NCBI RefSeq assembly: GCF_964355755.1
Contig: NC_092677.1
Span: forward strand, 1,944,101-2,008,100
Direction: 5' to 3'
Length of the DNA stretch: 64,000 nt
DNA from: Antedon mediterranea
Taxonomy: Eukaryota > Animalia > Echinodermata
Shown here: piece by piece, positions 48,030 to 61,845 of the stretch
Numbering within the stretch: position 1 is the first letter of the stretch
How the letters are laid out: each line of letters opens with the position of its first letter
Position numbers and translations under genes: made by a program
The notes under the pieces: generated by a model
Database searches by the model: none
Told to the model about the DNA's origin: nothing
The model's input: only the letters and a program-made list of their open reading frames with translations

Positions 48030-50992
48030 TTACAGCCTAAATCCTTTGACACACTGGTCGGATCGATCAGCCACCAGCAGGACTGGAGAGGTTCCGAGGC
48101 CAGCCTTCAGCATTGTGAGACCACATGGCGACTTCATCTTGCTGTCTTCACCATTCACGCGGCAGATAAAGCGACCATCGCTGCTGTACATCAACACAGA
48201 TGTTGTGGCACTAACAAAGATGTTGTCGCTGTCGTCCATATAGACACCACGTGGGTTCAGAGCCTGACCGCCACTTGGCATGACCTATTATAAAAGAGAG
48301 GGTTTGAATGAGCGCATCCATACACATAAGGTAGTATCAAATATGATTTCTAAAGATATATCTATACAATTTCTATATAAATCTCTATATACACATATAA
48401 CAACTCTATTGAGAAGTATATCAGAATTCTATAGAATATATATAAAAGAAATTATAATTGTATAGAGAATAGAAACTCATTGTACTGTGAAGTAGGTTTC
48501 AAACCATATTTTAACCTTGCCCTGAGTTGTGTATCTTTGCTAATAACCTATATAATTAATACTGTATTTCTAAGTTTGAAAGAAATATCTGGAATTATGG
48601 TGCAAATTCCAGTTCTGTAGGCATAAATTTTTACAAGAGTTGATGGTTTGAAAGTGTATTGGAATAGTAAAAGAAAAATAAATAGGGGGAGGGGGGGGGA
48701 GGGCCTAAAAGTAGTGAAATTAAGTGCTAACTTGATTTGATGTCCTATCTTTTGCATTACAATTTGTGAAATTTTGAAGAAACCAGACTGACTGGCAATA
48801 TTAACAACTTCCTCACCTTAAATGCTTTAAGGAATCTGCCTTCAGCATCCAACAACTGGATTCTGCCATTTCCTTCATCAGCAACAGCCATGAAGTTCCT
48901 AGAAGATGTCGCAATAAACCAAGGATTGCTGAACTCTCCATCACCCTGACCACGTCGACCAACGGTCTTCAGGAGTTCACCTCCGTTGCCAAACAACTTG
49001 ATAGTCTGACCATCACCGACTGCGTATTTACCAGATTGGAACGAAGCCACGCCAAGAGGACGAGACAGATCACTGCTTCCAAATCTTAGCTTCAAACTAC
49101 GATCCATTCTGGTAACAAAGATTTGGTGGTTATTGTAGTCGGAACAGACAATCTCATTATTGGGAGTTGTCGCCAAACTGATTGGGCAGAATGGTTTCTC
49201 AAGACCTGCAAATGTAATTTGATCGTAGAACTTGCCAGCGATGTCTCTGATCAAGATTCGGTTGTTACCGTAATCCGCAATGGCATAGGTGTCATCCCAT
49301 GCTTTAGTGACATCATGTGGTTGTTTCATGTCTTGCGAGTAATTGACGGTAACCTCCCATCGGCTACGGACTTCAAATTCCATCGGTGAGTCTCTGGTTG
49401 ACTCGTCGAATAGCTTAGCATCTAGCCTGTATCGTCCAGGCGTATCTGGATTGAATGCAATACGGTAGTTACCGTCACCAGCATCAACTGAATCAACGAG
49501 AGCCACGCCTTTGGAACCAGGCCGGGTCAACTCTGCTACGACTGGGGCACCACCTTGTTTCACTTCTATTCCATCATGTCCTACGGAACGGACTACAAAG
49601 ACTTGCTCGGTTCCGATGAGCGGATAGGAACCGCTCGCCCTCTCCAGACGAGATTGGAAGGCAACAGCTGGTGTTGTCAGAACGTTTCCAAGCTTGAGCT
49701 TCACATTTTCATTGATGATTGACTTAAATCCGATGAAACTGTTTTCTTCTGGTTGACTCTTGAGTGGCACGTCGAGTTGCTCAATGATACGCTGTAAGGC
49801 GCTCTTCTTTGCAAACACTACATCACTGCGGTTTCCATATGTCAACAAGTGACCGGTCTTTTCATAAGTATCATGAAGACTGTGCATGACCTCGCCAAAA
49901 TTGTTAACTTGGCGACGTAGTATATCTTTCTTTGATTTTGACTTCATCTTCAATTCTCTGATCAGCTCTTCTTTGCGTTTGTCAATTGCTTCATGCATTC
50001 GTTCCGCATGTTCAACAATTTGATTTTCAACTCCTTTCTCTTCCTTCTCCAAGGTTTCGGCTACGGAACGTGTGCGTCCAGCAACCTCTTCAAAGGACTT
50101 CAACCGTTCGGCAAGTTTGTTGCGGAGGCTGTCGATCTCCATGGCTTGCTTTTCGTAGACATCAACAAGATTCATACGTTTGTGATCTTCGTGACCGCAT
50201 ACCGCACATTTCATGCAGATGGGTACTTCACATACGGTACAAAAGAACTCCAACTCGCATCTTGGATGGTATGGGCAACTCGTCGGTTGCATCATGATCT
50301 TTTCTCGATCGGAGAGACTGTTGTATTCCTTCAGAGATATGATGCGATGGGTTTTAGTTCCACGCATGCGTTTATGCATCTTGGAGCACTCTGGACACAG
50401 AGGACAAGGACAGTCAAGACACCTGTCGCTGGCATCTTTATCGCAGCCATCGCAGTTGGGTACGTCATCTTTTGCGGTTCCTCCTTGCTCCACAAATTCA
50501 GAAAGATTGTGGATAAAATGGCTGTCCTGGAGAAATATAATAAAATTTAAGAATAAATTTCACATTTAAAAAAATATGTGTCTTTATAAACAATAAGCAA
50601 TAATTTATTAACAACAAAATTAATTTTTTACCTATAATTTCACAAGAAATTAAAGAAAGTGTTAAATATTAAGATGTTTTAATTAATAACTTTACATACT
50701 ATACATTAAAAGAAAAGCAAACGATACAATGCCACACTCTCATATATAAACACAACAGATTAAAAAGTTGTTAATAGCAATGACTTACTAGTAGGCCATC
50801 AACACCATCTGTCGACAGAGGGCAGTCTTTACGACACTGTGGACAAATCAATCGACCATCACTCTTCTTGACATGCTGCTGGAGACATTCTCGGCAAAAG
50901 GCGTGTAGACATGGTAACGATTTTGGGTTCTTCATGCGATTACGACACATGGAACAGTAGAGGAGGTTCTCCACATGTTTTGACGAGTTCAT
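48030..50992 (-). CDS. TRIM-NHL E3 ubiquitin ligase (RING, two B-boxes, coiled coil, filamin repeat, NHL repeats; TRIM2/3/71-like), ~722 aa
   Basis: Exons 50789-50992, 48817-50526, 48030-48284, all phase 0. RING CSMC..LPCLHAFCREC..CPQC; B-boxes CDGC..CLDC..CPEC..H and CPYH..FFCTVC..CMKC..H; filamin (DAGDGNYRIAF.P..PGRY); NHL (GQGDGEFSNP, ADEGNGRIQ). Kozak-like CCACCATG; likely 5' UTR exon donor near 51610. Confidence 0.93.
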
Positions 50993-53900
50993 GGTGGGAT
51001 TTGGTCTTGCTTGTCTACTGCTGGGAGCTTTACTATTCAGCCAAGGTTTCTGTTGAAGATAAAAATAAATACCTTTAAAAATAACATACATAATAATAAT
51101 AATTCATTCAAAAAGCTTAATGGATTTCTTTTGCTTATTCCTCTTCACTTTCTCCTGCAGAATAAATATACCACTGTATGTATCAATTATTAGTAAAAAT
51201 AGAAAATTGACAGAAACATGTTTTTTGTATAGCAAATCAATAAACATAAACACAGTAATAATTATACTAAACCTATTTTAATACCATAATGTATTAACTA
51301 TTATTGATTAAAATGGCATATCAATGTGTACATCTTCCCATCAACATATGTTAAACAATGTAAAATGATGCATCACAAAACACAAAATTTTAACCACCAC
51401 TATTACTTTACCCCTCTTTAATTAATAACCCCTCCGGTCCTGGTTCCCACTTTTTCCTAAGCTAAGAAACACGGCTGACTGTGCTCTTCGTGAAACAACA
51501 AGTGTCCCAGCAGTGAGAAAATGCTTAGTTCCCACCAGTTAACGCAGCCTAGCGTCCATCATCACCGTCCATCTATGAACGATGTTTTACCTTACGAGAG
51601 CTCAACTTACCTGCTTACTATACCTATGGTTTTGCTCCATTGGCAAATAAAACGACACAAAATAGTACGAATAAACAGATAGTAGTACGAAATCGTTCCA
51701 AATAAATGGTAAAATACGCACCACAAAACAAGAGATGACCCAGTAAGCTAAAACAATAGAAAAACGCTCCAGTCAGCTCGTTCATTCGTTGGGAAAGGTG
51801 GGAGATAAACAACGCCTACCAAATACCTAACTGATGACATCATCAATGAGTCCAACCATGTAGTAGATTTGAACAATATTTATTCATTACTCACGTTTTA
51901 CAAATGTGTTTACATTCATAATTACTAAGGTGGATCCCATTCTTCTTTGTTATATTTATAAATAAACACTCATATTTTGCTGGGATTTTGTTTATTAACA
52001 ATTTAAGAGGAAAGAAGTTAATATTGCAGTCTTTTTCTTGAGTGGAATATACCGGAAATACTTCCCGATGGTTACTCATAACGCACGCGACGCGGTACGC
52101 TTGTGGTTTTGGGTCATTGGGTCATGTGTACAAATAAACAATCGAAATGTAAATAATGTTTTATTTTAAATAACGCGTAAAATCAGACCTATTTATAGTA
52201 AAATAATATGCATGAACAGGGCATGGTTACTTTAACCTTCGTAGTAAATTTCTCTTTATTAATCATGCTTATCGTATCCAAGGCCGGGATATCCAATATA
52301 GTCTGTACCTTGGATGAAATAGAACCAACACGGTACAGTACAAGCTATATATATTCAGCTCCGATAACCGAACTATAAACAAACACGGTTATTTACAAAA
52401 CAAACAACTGGGCTAAAATATCATCTGTTTATTATACCTGTAGTATATTGTATATTGCATTGAATTTAGGCCTATAGATTTGTATAACGCAATATGAATA
52501 ATGTTTATTTATTACAGTAGTATAATAGGCCTACTTGGTGTCCGATATCGTTGTAATTAATCCCAAAGGCTTTCCTATCCGGATGTAATCTAAAGTTTAT
52601 GACGATGACGAAGCTAATCGATCCAATATTTATTTTACATTCATTAACGTTGTACAATCTATAGATAGATAAGAATGTAATAGAGAGTTGTATCATGGAG
52701 CTATATTTTTTTTATATATGTGAACTTTATTCAATCAATCGTACATTTGTTATAATGGTAACCACAATAAGATATAATATTACAGTAGATTTTTACAAAA
52801 AAACAAGACCAATATAAATATTAATTATAAAATATATACAATGATTATTTACAGTAATGATAATAATAAAAATTAATTGTTTATATTGAATATTATTGGA
52901 AACAGAAGTTGAATAATAAAATACTGGAAAGTTTAATTAGAGGTTTACATATTATGTTGATTCAGTTTATGCATTTATTCTTTATTTCGGATATTCATTC
53001 ATAACCATCTAAAAGCCTGCCCTCTAACTCTATATAAATAAGACAATCGAAAATAATCCATTCTTGATTTACTAGGCATAGAAAATCATTCCATTTGCAT
53101 GTTCAGGCCAACAGCAAGGTTTTTAACATTAGGCCAATGCGGTAGTATTATTATGTTTATAATCATGAACAAATATGCTATATATACAAATACAATATCG
53201 TATCTCTCCTGTGGTTTATACTAAAATGGGTGGATTCTTTAAGACGCGCACAGAGCAGCAATCTTTATAGCCTATAATGTGCATATCGTCGATTCTTTTA
53301 GGCGCGTATAATACAGAGTATAAAGATCAACATCATCAATAGTATTACAATCCATGTCATTATGTGTACATATATTTGACAATGGACTGTTAATGCTAAA
53401 CAGTATAATTATGTTATATATCAATAAACTCATCATACAATATCACATAACTGCATAAGTGAAAGTTTTATTCTAATGACTTCTCTACAAAATAAAAAGC
53501 ATGGTTGGTGCACGGCCATTAGTCGCCACACACTTGTAGAGTTAATACGATAGAGACCACGCCCGTCTTTCATAAAAGCAATAACAATTATTCGATTAAA
53601 TTATGACTCACCGACATTGATAATGACATTGTATCCAAATTGTGTATATAATGGTTTTAAATATTCCTTAGAAAAACGCTATAAAATACGCGTATTCACT
53701 GATCGCGTCTTGTGTATCTAGCGATCTCTCTTGCACTCAATACAATGCAACTATCGCCTTAGGCACTGCGATCCAATATGATAATTTTAACAATCAATAC
53801 GTAACACACTTATGCGTGATAAGTAAAGAGGTTTCGGTAAATAAGGTGAAATAATTCTAATATAAATAAGAAAATAACTCGAAATAAATGAACCAGCAAA

Positions 53901-56095
53901 TAATAATAAAATAACAGGAACTATCGTGTACTGTACAACACTATGCCTCGATATAACCCGGAAGTTTGGCTAAAATGAATCATTATTTAGGAATTTACTT
54001 TGGTACTATTGGTCAATAAATTACAAGTTCGCGTGTTTGTACTACAGAGTATTTCATTTTGCACACGAGCCGTCGTTACCCAGCAGTGAGCGCGTACGCA
54101 ATAAAAACCAATCAGTGGAGTGGAGTCACAGTGCTTAGCAACGAATGGCGGCGTTCATCGAAGGCAGGAAAGGACACGCTATGTACAATGTGTATACGTA
54201 CCTAGTCAATAGTAACTTTATATCTGGACCTATTGTGGTGTATGTATGAAATAGTACATCCCTATATAATTATGTAGTTTTCTACCCGAACTTTTATCTA
54301 TAAATAATTTATTTTTTAAAGGAAAAGTTCATTTGGAATCATGGCGTCCAGGGGGCGCTATTTATAATCAGACTATCAGTTGCGAAGTGGATCGACTGTT
54401 CAACTGAATGCACTTTACTCACTACTAAACAACAAGCACGTATCTCTTCAAACCTGATTTACAACTACAGAATAAAATGTCCCAATGCAGCCATTAAAGT
54501 CCATCATATCCACGTACTATAGCGACCCATTCAACAACAATGCTTTGTTATTATATTCATAAAAAAGTCATGCCCTGTGCTTATTGTCTTTTTCTCATGG
54601 GGTTCTTGTTTACCGACTCCACAACTTGTTTTTCATTTCATGCAGATATTCCAAGCATACGATAAGGGCAATACACTAAGTACTTTATACCTTTAATCTA
54701 AGTAAGTCATCTATTGGTCGGTCAGCCAGTTCTATCAACGAATTACTGTGTAAAAAAGCCTGTAATTCATTTTATTTTTTCTATTTAAAAGCAATCATAC
54801 CGGTACACAAATTAATAAAGAGAAAAGTGAGGATGGGCAGTTAAGACGATTTGATAAAATTTAAATAATTATCGCGATATACTATCCTAAGGTACCTCTG
54901 TACTGAGAAATACGAAACATTACATTAAAGACATCATCCAAAAATACTCATGTACCCTGAGATTAGGCTTTGGAACATGAACATGGATGATCGGAATGTA
55001 ATTTGTAATGGTAGCGAGGTTAGTTCCCGCTGAGAGAGGACGCTTAGCTCACATTTCATACCCACATGCGTATGGATCCATCCAATGAAAATGCTTATAT
55101 GAATCAATATTTCTATTATTACACGATATGTTAGGTGCCTAGATAGATGATGAATGTTTAGCACTCATGCGATCGAAATCATCTTGAAGTATATAGCGAC
55201 GATGTTGTTAATGGCGCGCGCACAGACGAATCCAGTTAAATAGGGAGAGGGGTGGGGTCGCGAAATGTTGCAACGAAAATGTCAAAGAAAAACAAATATA
55301 TATTTCATTGTACAACTTTTCGGCCCAAGGCTCTTATTTCAAAATCTTGGATCCGTCACTGACACAATGAAATGACCTATAGACGTATTACAGGCACCAT
55401 ACTATATCTAATCATTTTTATCGAACAAGCAATAATAGTTTTTACATAGATAAATAAATTGTAGTAGACCTACTCACCACCGGGATAATTTAGAACTAGA
55501 AATCGAATGGATCGAATATCAAGCTGTCCCATTTAAGACTACCGTACTGAATGAAATCAGGTAAAATCTAGATCAGGCGATTTTATATACTTGTGGATCA
55601 TAAAAAAATACCTAGCTCTTTATGATCATAATTTGACAGAGTATAAAAGAACGACTTAAGTTAGACTCTACCATTTAGACAGACTAATCCTCACAACCAT
55701 TGGTTCCAAGCAATGACTTAATGACCTATGTGTGTCAATGCTTTTAAATACAAATCTGACACACTTTAATTTATAGAATATATCATGCTTATTATTCGTT
55801 TTAATGGTTTTAAATCCACAAGCAAGCACTTTTTTTCATTCCATAAAAGTAATATGATATCAACAAAACAATGATTTAGACAAGGACAAGATATAAATAC
55901 GTAATCTTCTCACTTAAAAGACTCCGACGGAAGTTCTTTAAGAATTGGTTCGGGTCACAGCTTCTAAACAATTGTCTATACGTGCAAATACATAATTTAT
56001 AATATAGGTATTACGTTAATATAGCTGTATGATCCATTGTCAAGCAAGAGTGTTTGTTGTTCCATTAATAGAATTACTGTACCAACTGTACTTTA

Positions 56096-56274
56096 AGCGT
56101 GGTTCCCACTAGAACGTAACGCAAGGACCTAAACGCAACGCAAGCGTTTTAACCAATGACAAGCGAAGTTATAGACAGTTAGCAATCACAAGCGAATAAG
56201 CCATCGCTTGTGATTGGTCAATTCACTTGCGTTGCGTTACGTCATTGCGTTACGTCGCTAGTGGGAACCACGCT
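56096..56274. mobile_element. Tourist/Harbinger-like MITE, family 2
   Basis: TIR AGCGTGGTTCCCACTAG with TTA TSD on both sides. Degenerate copies at ~25170-25285, 41213-41316, 44431-44580, 56440-56515, 59260-59390 and 60330-60410. Confidence 0.88.
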
Positions 56275-57607
56275 TTAGAAAAGACAGAAATATATGGGGT
56301 CTGCTTCCAAATTGAAATGTGGTCCTCTCAAATATGGTCCTCGCGTACGGTACCGATATCTTGTACTCAAGACCAAGGACGTATAATACGCGCAACACAA
56401 AAATAATTTGACCAATTCATCATCAAACGCGAACATGATAATCTGTTGATTATTGCGATTGGTCAACCTATCTGCGATGCGCGCATGTGGTCCTTGCGTT
56501 ACGTTACTAGTAGATCTAGTCAAAGAAAATGGATGCTCGTTCGGTTTCAACCATTCAAACGAGATTTATATTGTATTTTACCTAATCAATTTTAAAATTG
56601 ACTATCAATATTTTATCCAGCATGTCCATCATACAAAATGTCCAATATTCAATTTTTTTTTACACATTATTAGTATTTTTAACGTATTTTATTTTATATT
56701 ATGGCCTACTTTACTGTGGCCTCTGTGTGACTCTCCATTAATTCCTGTAATAAATTGGCGAGCCCTGGTAGGCAAACAATACTACCAAACAAACGTGAAT
56801 AGTTCAGTATTGTTCGTTTTTCTTTTTATTGAGTTGAGTAGAGCGTCTTTTGAAAATCGCCTATTGTGGCCGTAATGGTTGACAAAACATAAATTCAGTA
56901 GAAAAGGTTTGAAAAATAGCATGACCGAGTACAGGCATGCTTGAATAAACAACCGCATGAAAAGAACGAAGGAAAAATTCATTCATGGTATTTTTATGAT
57001 GTGGGCCTAGTGTATGATTCAAGCCCCGTTTCTTCTAGAAGCAAACACTGTGTTTGAACAGAGCCTCACTATATTAATCATTAGTATTATTGGTATTACA
57101 AATCTAACGTCTTTTCCGCATAGTCATGATTTCAAAGCATATCGGCATATACTATATCCCATAATACATTCAAATAATAAGTAACGGAAAAGTAGCAAAC
57201 ACATTCTTCTGGTGTGAAAGGGGAGTGGCATCTCAAAAGTTTCACTGGTATTACAATAAAAACATGCGCTTTAAATGTATAGATCCAATGTTGTGCATTA
57301 TTTATAGGCCCTAAATTATTAATTACTGGAAGCGGAGATCCCTGGAAGCTTCTCACTGTACAAATACAAACTATTTAATCTCAATAATGATGACCAGGCG
57401 AGTCCACATACTGTAGTTTTGACCTAAATAATACCATCCCATTGGTATACGGTAAAATAAAATTGAGTCCACGCAGCGATAAATGTCAAATTACGAATGA
57501 AGTTACTGGACAGCCGGTGTGCATGTTTTGGCCTATCCAATGTTCTATACATTTTGTTTTTGAACAAAATCAGAGATAATGCGATTTAATACACAATATT
57601 TCGACTG

Positions 57608-57650
<43 letters not shown>

Positions 57651-58619
57651 AGTAAATCACAAGTCAATGTATATTTCTTTTTCGAGCAAGATTATAATTG
57701 GGTACAAGTTAAGATCGTCGACAAAAAGTGGCCGTTTTCTTCTGGACTATTTATTGATGTAATTTGCATTACATTTGTTTTTAAATATTTCTTCTATTAC
57801 CTTTTGCTATATTGTATAAAATTGTCAGTTATGACTACGTCAGTTAATTACGATAACTCGGGCTGGACACGTATGGCATGGACCTAGTGAAATAAACCTT
57901 TGAGCATAAACACACCAAAATGTTACCAGAAAATTAAGAACAATCAATATTTTGCTACCCTTTTTTAAATATCCTAATAAATTGAGGAGAGGGGCGAATT
58001 ACCGATGTTAACAAATCTCCGGAATGCGGGTGCAATTCTCACGATCAAGGCCGATAAAAAAAACAATTTTCATATCTTTATAAACCGTTTGAAAGCAATG
58101 ATAACTATGATAACCTATTAAGTGGTGCTTAACGAGGTCATGATTGGTATGACAATTTGTTAAGAATTTCCCCCAAAACAATGTACAGTACTGTACTGTA
58201 CTATCCCTGCGAAACGAAGCTGTTAGGCCTACTACCAATTCAACGCAATTAGTACCATTGAAATATAACACTGCCTACGGTAATGAGTCACTAATGCTAA
58301 CTACATATGGAATCTAATTTAGAACACAACAAATTGATAACATACCTTCAACCAAATATGACAAGAAACTTTCCCTAAATAATTTTGTTTTCGATTCCGG
58401 GTTCGAATTAGCCGGGTAGCAAAACTGAACCGCTGTCTACTTGAGCTGCAGCTCTGGTGGTATGTGTCACGGTAGCTGCTGCTAAACTAAAAGCGTCCCC
58501 TTTTACGGGGATACCAAGCCTATCGCGATGAGTCAAGTGCACTTGCATGTTGCTGCCGGACTGCCACCACCAGACGGTATTGTGTCCGCCAGGTAAGCGA
58601 TTGTACACACTGCCCTCAA

Positions 58620-58867
58620 CCACCACAAGAAAGAATTATGTTAAAAGATGGATGGATTATGAAGGGACCTCATGAAGGGCGGCAATGAACAACTTAAATA
58701 CAATATCACTTGCACTGATGAAGGGCTAGTGTTGCCCGAAAGCTCTGCTAACTTTTCTGGCTGTTTACTTTATCGTTTTGATTTAGCTTTTCGCTTTTTA
58801 TTTTTGTATCTCCATTGAGATCCAGCCACTGATACCCACAGCATTTTTTTCAGTAATTTGCCTTTGG

Positions 58868-58870
<3 letters not shown>
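58620..58870 (+). mobile_element. Penelope-like element 3'/pLTR fragment next to (TA)n
   Basis: Hammerhead core at 58711-58750, then a T-rich segment, then the (TA)n tract. A weak remnant RKNYVKRWMD...AMN upstream resembles the GIY-YIG C-terminus. Confidence 0.55.
58711..58750 (+). ncRNA. Minimal type I hammerhead ribozyme motif
   Basis: GCA-CTGATGA-A-GGGC(TAGTGTT)GCCC-GAAA-GC-TC-TGC: conserved core boxes, 4-bp stem II, palindromic AGCT stem III, short stem I (GCA/TGC). Confidence 0.65.

Positions 58871-58951
<81 letters not shown>
58871..58951. repeat. (TA)n microsatellite
   Basis: About 40 TA units. Confidence 0.98.
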
Positions 58952-58955
<4 letters not shown>

Positions 58956-60432
58956 TACTGTATAACTTTCTCTATCACTAATAAACCTTAAAAGTATAAT
59001 ATTTATCACCTGTAAAATCGTGGAAGCCTTATGGATCAAAATCTATGTTTAAATATTGAAATAGTGTATCTATATAATAAAAAGTCCTTCCTAGTGTGAA
59101 CCCATCTCATCTATCAAAGGCAAAGATGACCATCATTCTACACTTCTTATTCGTTATGCAAAGAAACCCAATCAATCAATCGTTCGATTTATATAGCAAC
59201 AATTTATCCAACAATAAAAAAATAAAAACAAAAACAAAAAATTGGCATGAAACACCAAAGGGCGAAACAACGCAAGGACGTAACGCAACGCAAACAAGTT
59301 GGCGACAGCCGAATAAATCCATCGCTTGTGATTGGTCGAAACCCTTATGTTGCGTTACGTTTTTATTGCGTCTCTAGTGGGAACCAAGCATTATAGCCAA
59401 GTGTTCCCCTCTTTTAATTTTCATAGAGCGCCATTTAATGTTTTAAGAAACCTGTTGGTTGACTATTTTCACTGTATTGAATTAACATAGGAACCAAACA
59501 AAATACTATCGACATGAAGTGAACCAGAGTGAACTAAACCAAGCCAGTGTGTTTTAGAGCGTAAACTTAAAAGACAAATCTCTATTATGATGGTAATACA
59601 CAGCAATTCATACGTTTACAAAATAAAACCCGCATTCAATTCAGCTGAATCAAAAGTTAAAACTACAGCTACGTGACTAAATCTAGCCTTTGTTCCATTT
59701 CTTTTGAAAGCAAATGAAGCCCACAAAAGATAGTGTATGATGAAAGACAAAAACGAAAGTGAAATACATTGAGGGCGCTAGTGTGATTACTCAATAAAGT
59801 CATTCATGGAAACAGCGAGCTTGAGATCGAAAACAAGATTCCTTCGGCCCCCGAGGCAATATTAATGCTTTTTGAATTATTATTCCATGTTTGGTGTACT
59901 TAATCTAAATTAATGAAAGTAATTGTTCCATCAAATCAGCGGCCAATAATATTTTATAATTTACGATGTTATTTATGCATTATTCAAACATACTTTGATG
60001 ATATAATAATATGATATTAAGCCGAGCTGCGAGAGGACGGGTTACATTTTAAATATAATATAGGATTGTATTAATTTAGATTTAAAATAATAGTTTTACA
60101 TCTCCCTGATTAATTCTAGAGCTCTGTATGATGAAGACTAAAATAATTGAATTTATTATAACGATAGAATTGCCAATATGTGGGTATAAATAACATGGCA
60201 TATTGAATATTTAAATTCAAATGTCTCATCATGGGTGGTTTACCGTATATTTTGAAAAGTTCTCTTGCCATAGAGTCTAGGCCTAATATTTTCATGAATA
60301 ATTCATGAGTATTTTCATTACATTTATGCACTGAGTGTTAACGTTGTGATTGGTCAATTCGCTTGCGTTTGCGCATACGTCATCGCGTTGCGTCCATGGG
60401 AACCAAGTTAACTGACTATATTTTACACCTAC

Positions 60433-61845
60433 CTCTTGGTCGTCAGGCTCCTCTTCTCCATCTGATCGATGCCAGAGGACAATAAACCCTTGACTGACAT
60501 CTAAATCACCCACGTCATCCTCCTCTTGTACGTATTGTTCTCTATAATCATCTTCATCCTCTTCCTGGTACCGGTAAACGCCACGCTCTTCAAAAACGCG
60601 TTGGTCATTTGCATAATGCGTTTCATTATCCTGATTCCGCGTCAACATTGCGTTGCTATAATCCTCGGAAGCAGGCCTGACAACATTGTCTAACATTGCA
60701 ATCATTTCATCTCTTTCTTTAAATCTGCTTTCAATTTCTTTCCTTTTTCGAATAGTTTCTTTATTTTCATTTTTTATTTCTTCATCATTGTCTTTTGTAT
60801 GATTTTGTTTTTCAAATTGTTGTCGTATGTTTTGAAATTGTTCTATCTGTCTAGGCCTATCAGAAATGTCATTTCGTTGCACGTCATCACTAGTGTTATC
60901 AATAGCATGTTCATTTTGGCGCATCTCCATTGTCGTAGTTTCTTCACTCACCAATTTAGCTTCATAAGTTATTGTCTTTTCATTACGAGTTTCTTCGATT
61001 ATTACAAATTTTCTATCATCGTAATATACCTCGTCACTTTCAAATTCCCCCTCTTCGTATTCATCATCGTCGAAATCATCATCATCGAATTCATCATCGT
61101 CAAATTCGTCATCGTCATCATCCACGTCATCATTATCATCAATATCGTCATGATTGATATTATTCTCGTTTAGTTTGTCATTTTCTAAATGATCTTGTTC
61201 TTTCTCTTCGTTCGTCATCACGCTGTCTTCTACAACCTCTGGTTCGTTGAAGTGTACGCGCGGTTTGGCAGCAGACGATTCCTCAGATGTCGTTTGATCT
61301 TTTTCCGGTTCCTGCCATTCTTCAAAACCAGCCATGGTCTTGATTTCACTCTGCCTGACGTCATCCATGTAAACAACCGCTTCGTATTGGACTGGTTCTT
61401 CCATCTCATCCTCCTCGTCATCCTCTTGTTTCTCTTTGTCATCAGTTCCTCCTAAGATTTCATCAATGTCATCGTCGTCAAATTCATCTCCGTCCTCATC
61501 AGACGAACTGCCACTAACAACTGTTGCGTCTTCTGCTTCCTCGAGGTCATCTGCTATATCATTTAAAGTCTTCTCATCTAACCCTTCAGACTTGACGTCT
61601 CCGTCAGTGGTTGAGTGGAGCTCTGATGCCTCCACAACGGTTACTTGACTGCTGGATTCAGACAGCTCCACGTCATCGTCAACCTCCAATGACTTGCTTC
61701 TGGCATCCAGTTTGTTCTCAGCGTCCATATACGGGTGAGGTTGTGTCAGTGGAATCGTGGCGTCTTTCTTGTTCTTCGTATCGTCACCTGGCGTACTGGT
61801 TTGAGGATGATCAACGCTCGTACCATCGTCGTCTTTCTCAGAACC
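60433..61845 (-). CDS. Large exon of an unidentified gene encoding a very acidic, low-complexity region
   Basis: 532-codon ORF in AT-rich DNA, D/E-rich. Acceptor TTTTACAG at 61846-61853 and candidate donor GAG|GTAGGT at 60432; without splicing it reads to a stop at 60292. Upstream exons were not identified. Confidence 0.8.

Noticed and set aside
49123-50569. Plus-strand ORFs of 88-185 aa
   Set aside because: Antisense shadows of the TRIM coding exon.
58408-58626. 72-aa GC-richer ORF as a downstream exon of the acidic gene
   Set aside because: No recognisable domain, and it abuts the Penelope-like fragment; more likely repeat-derived.
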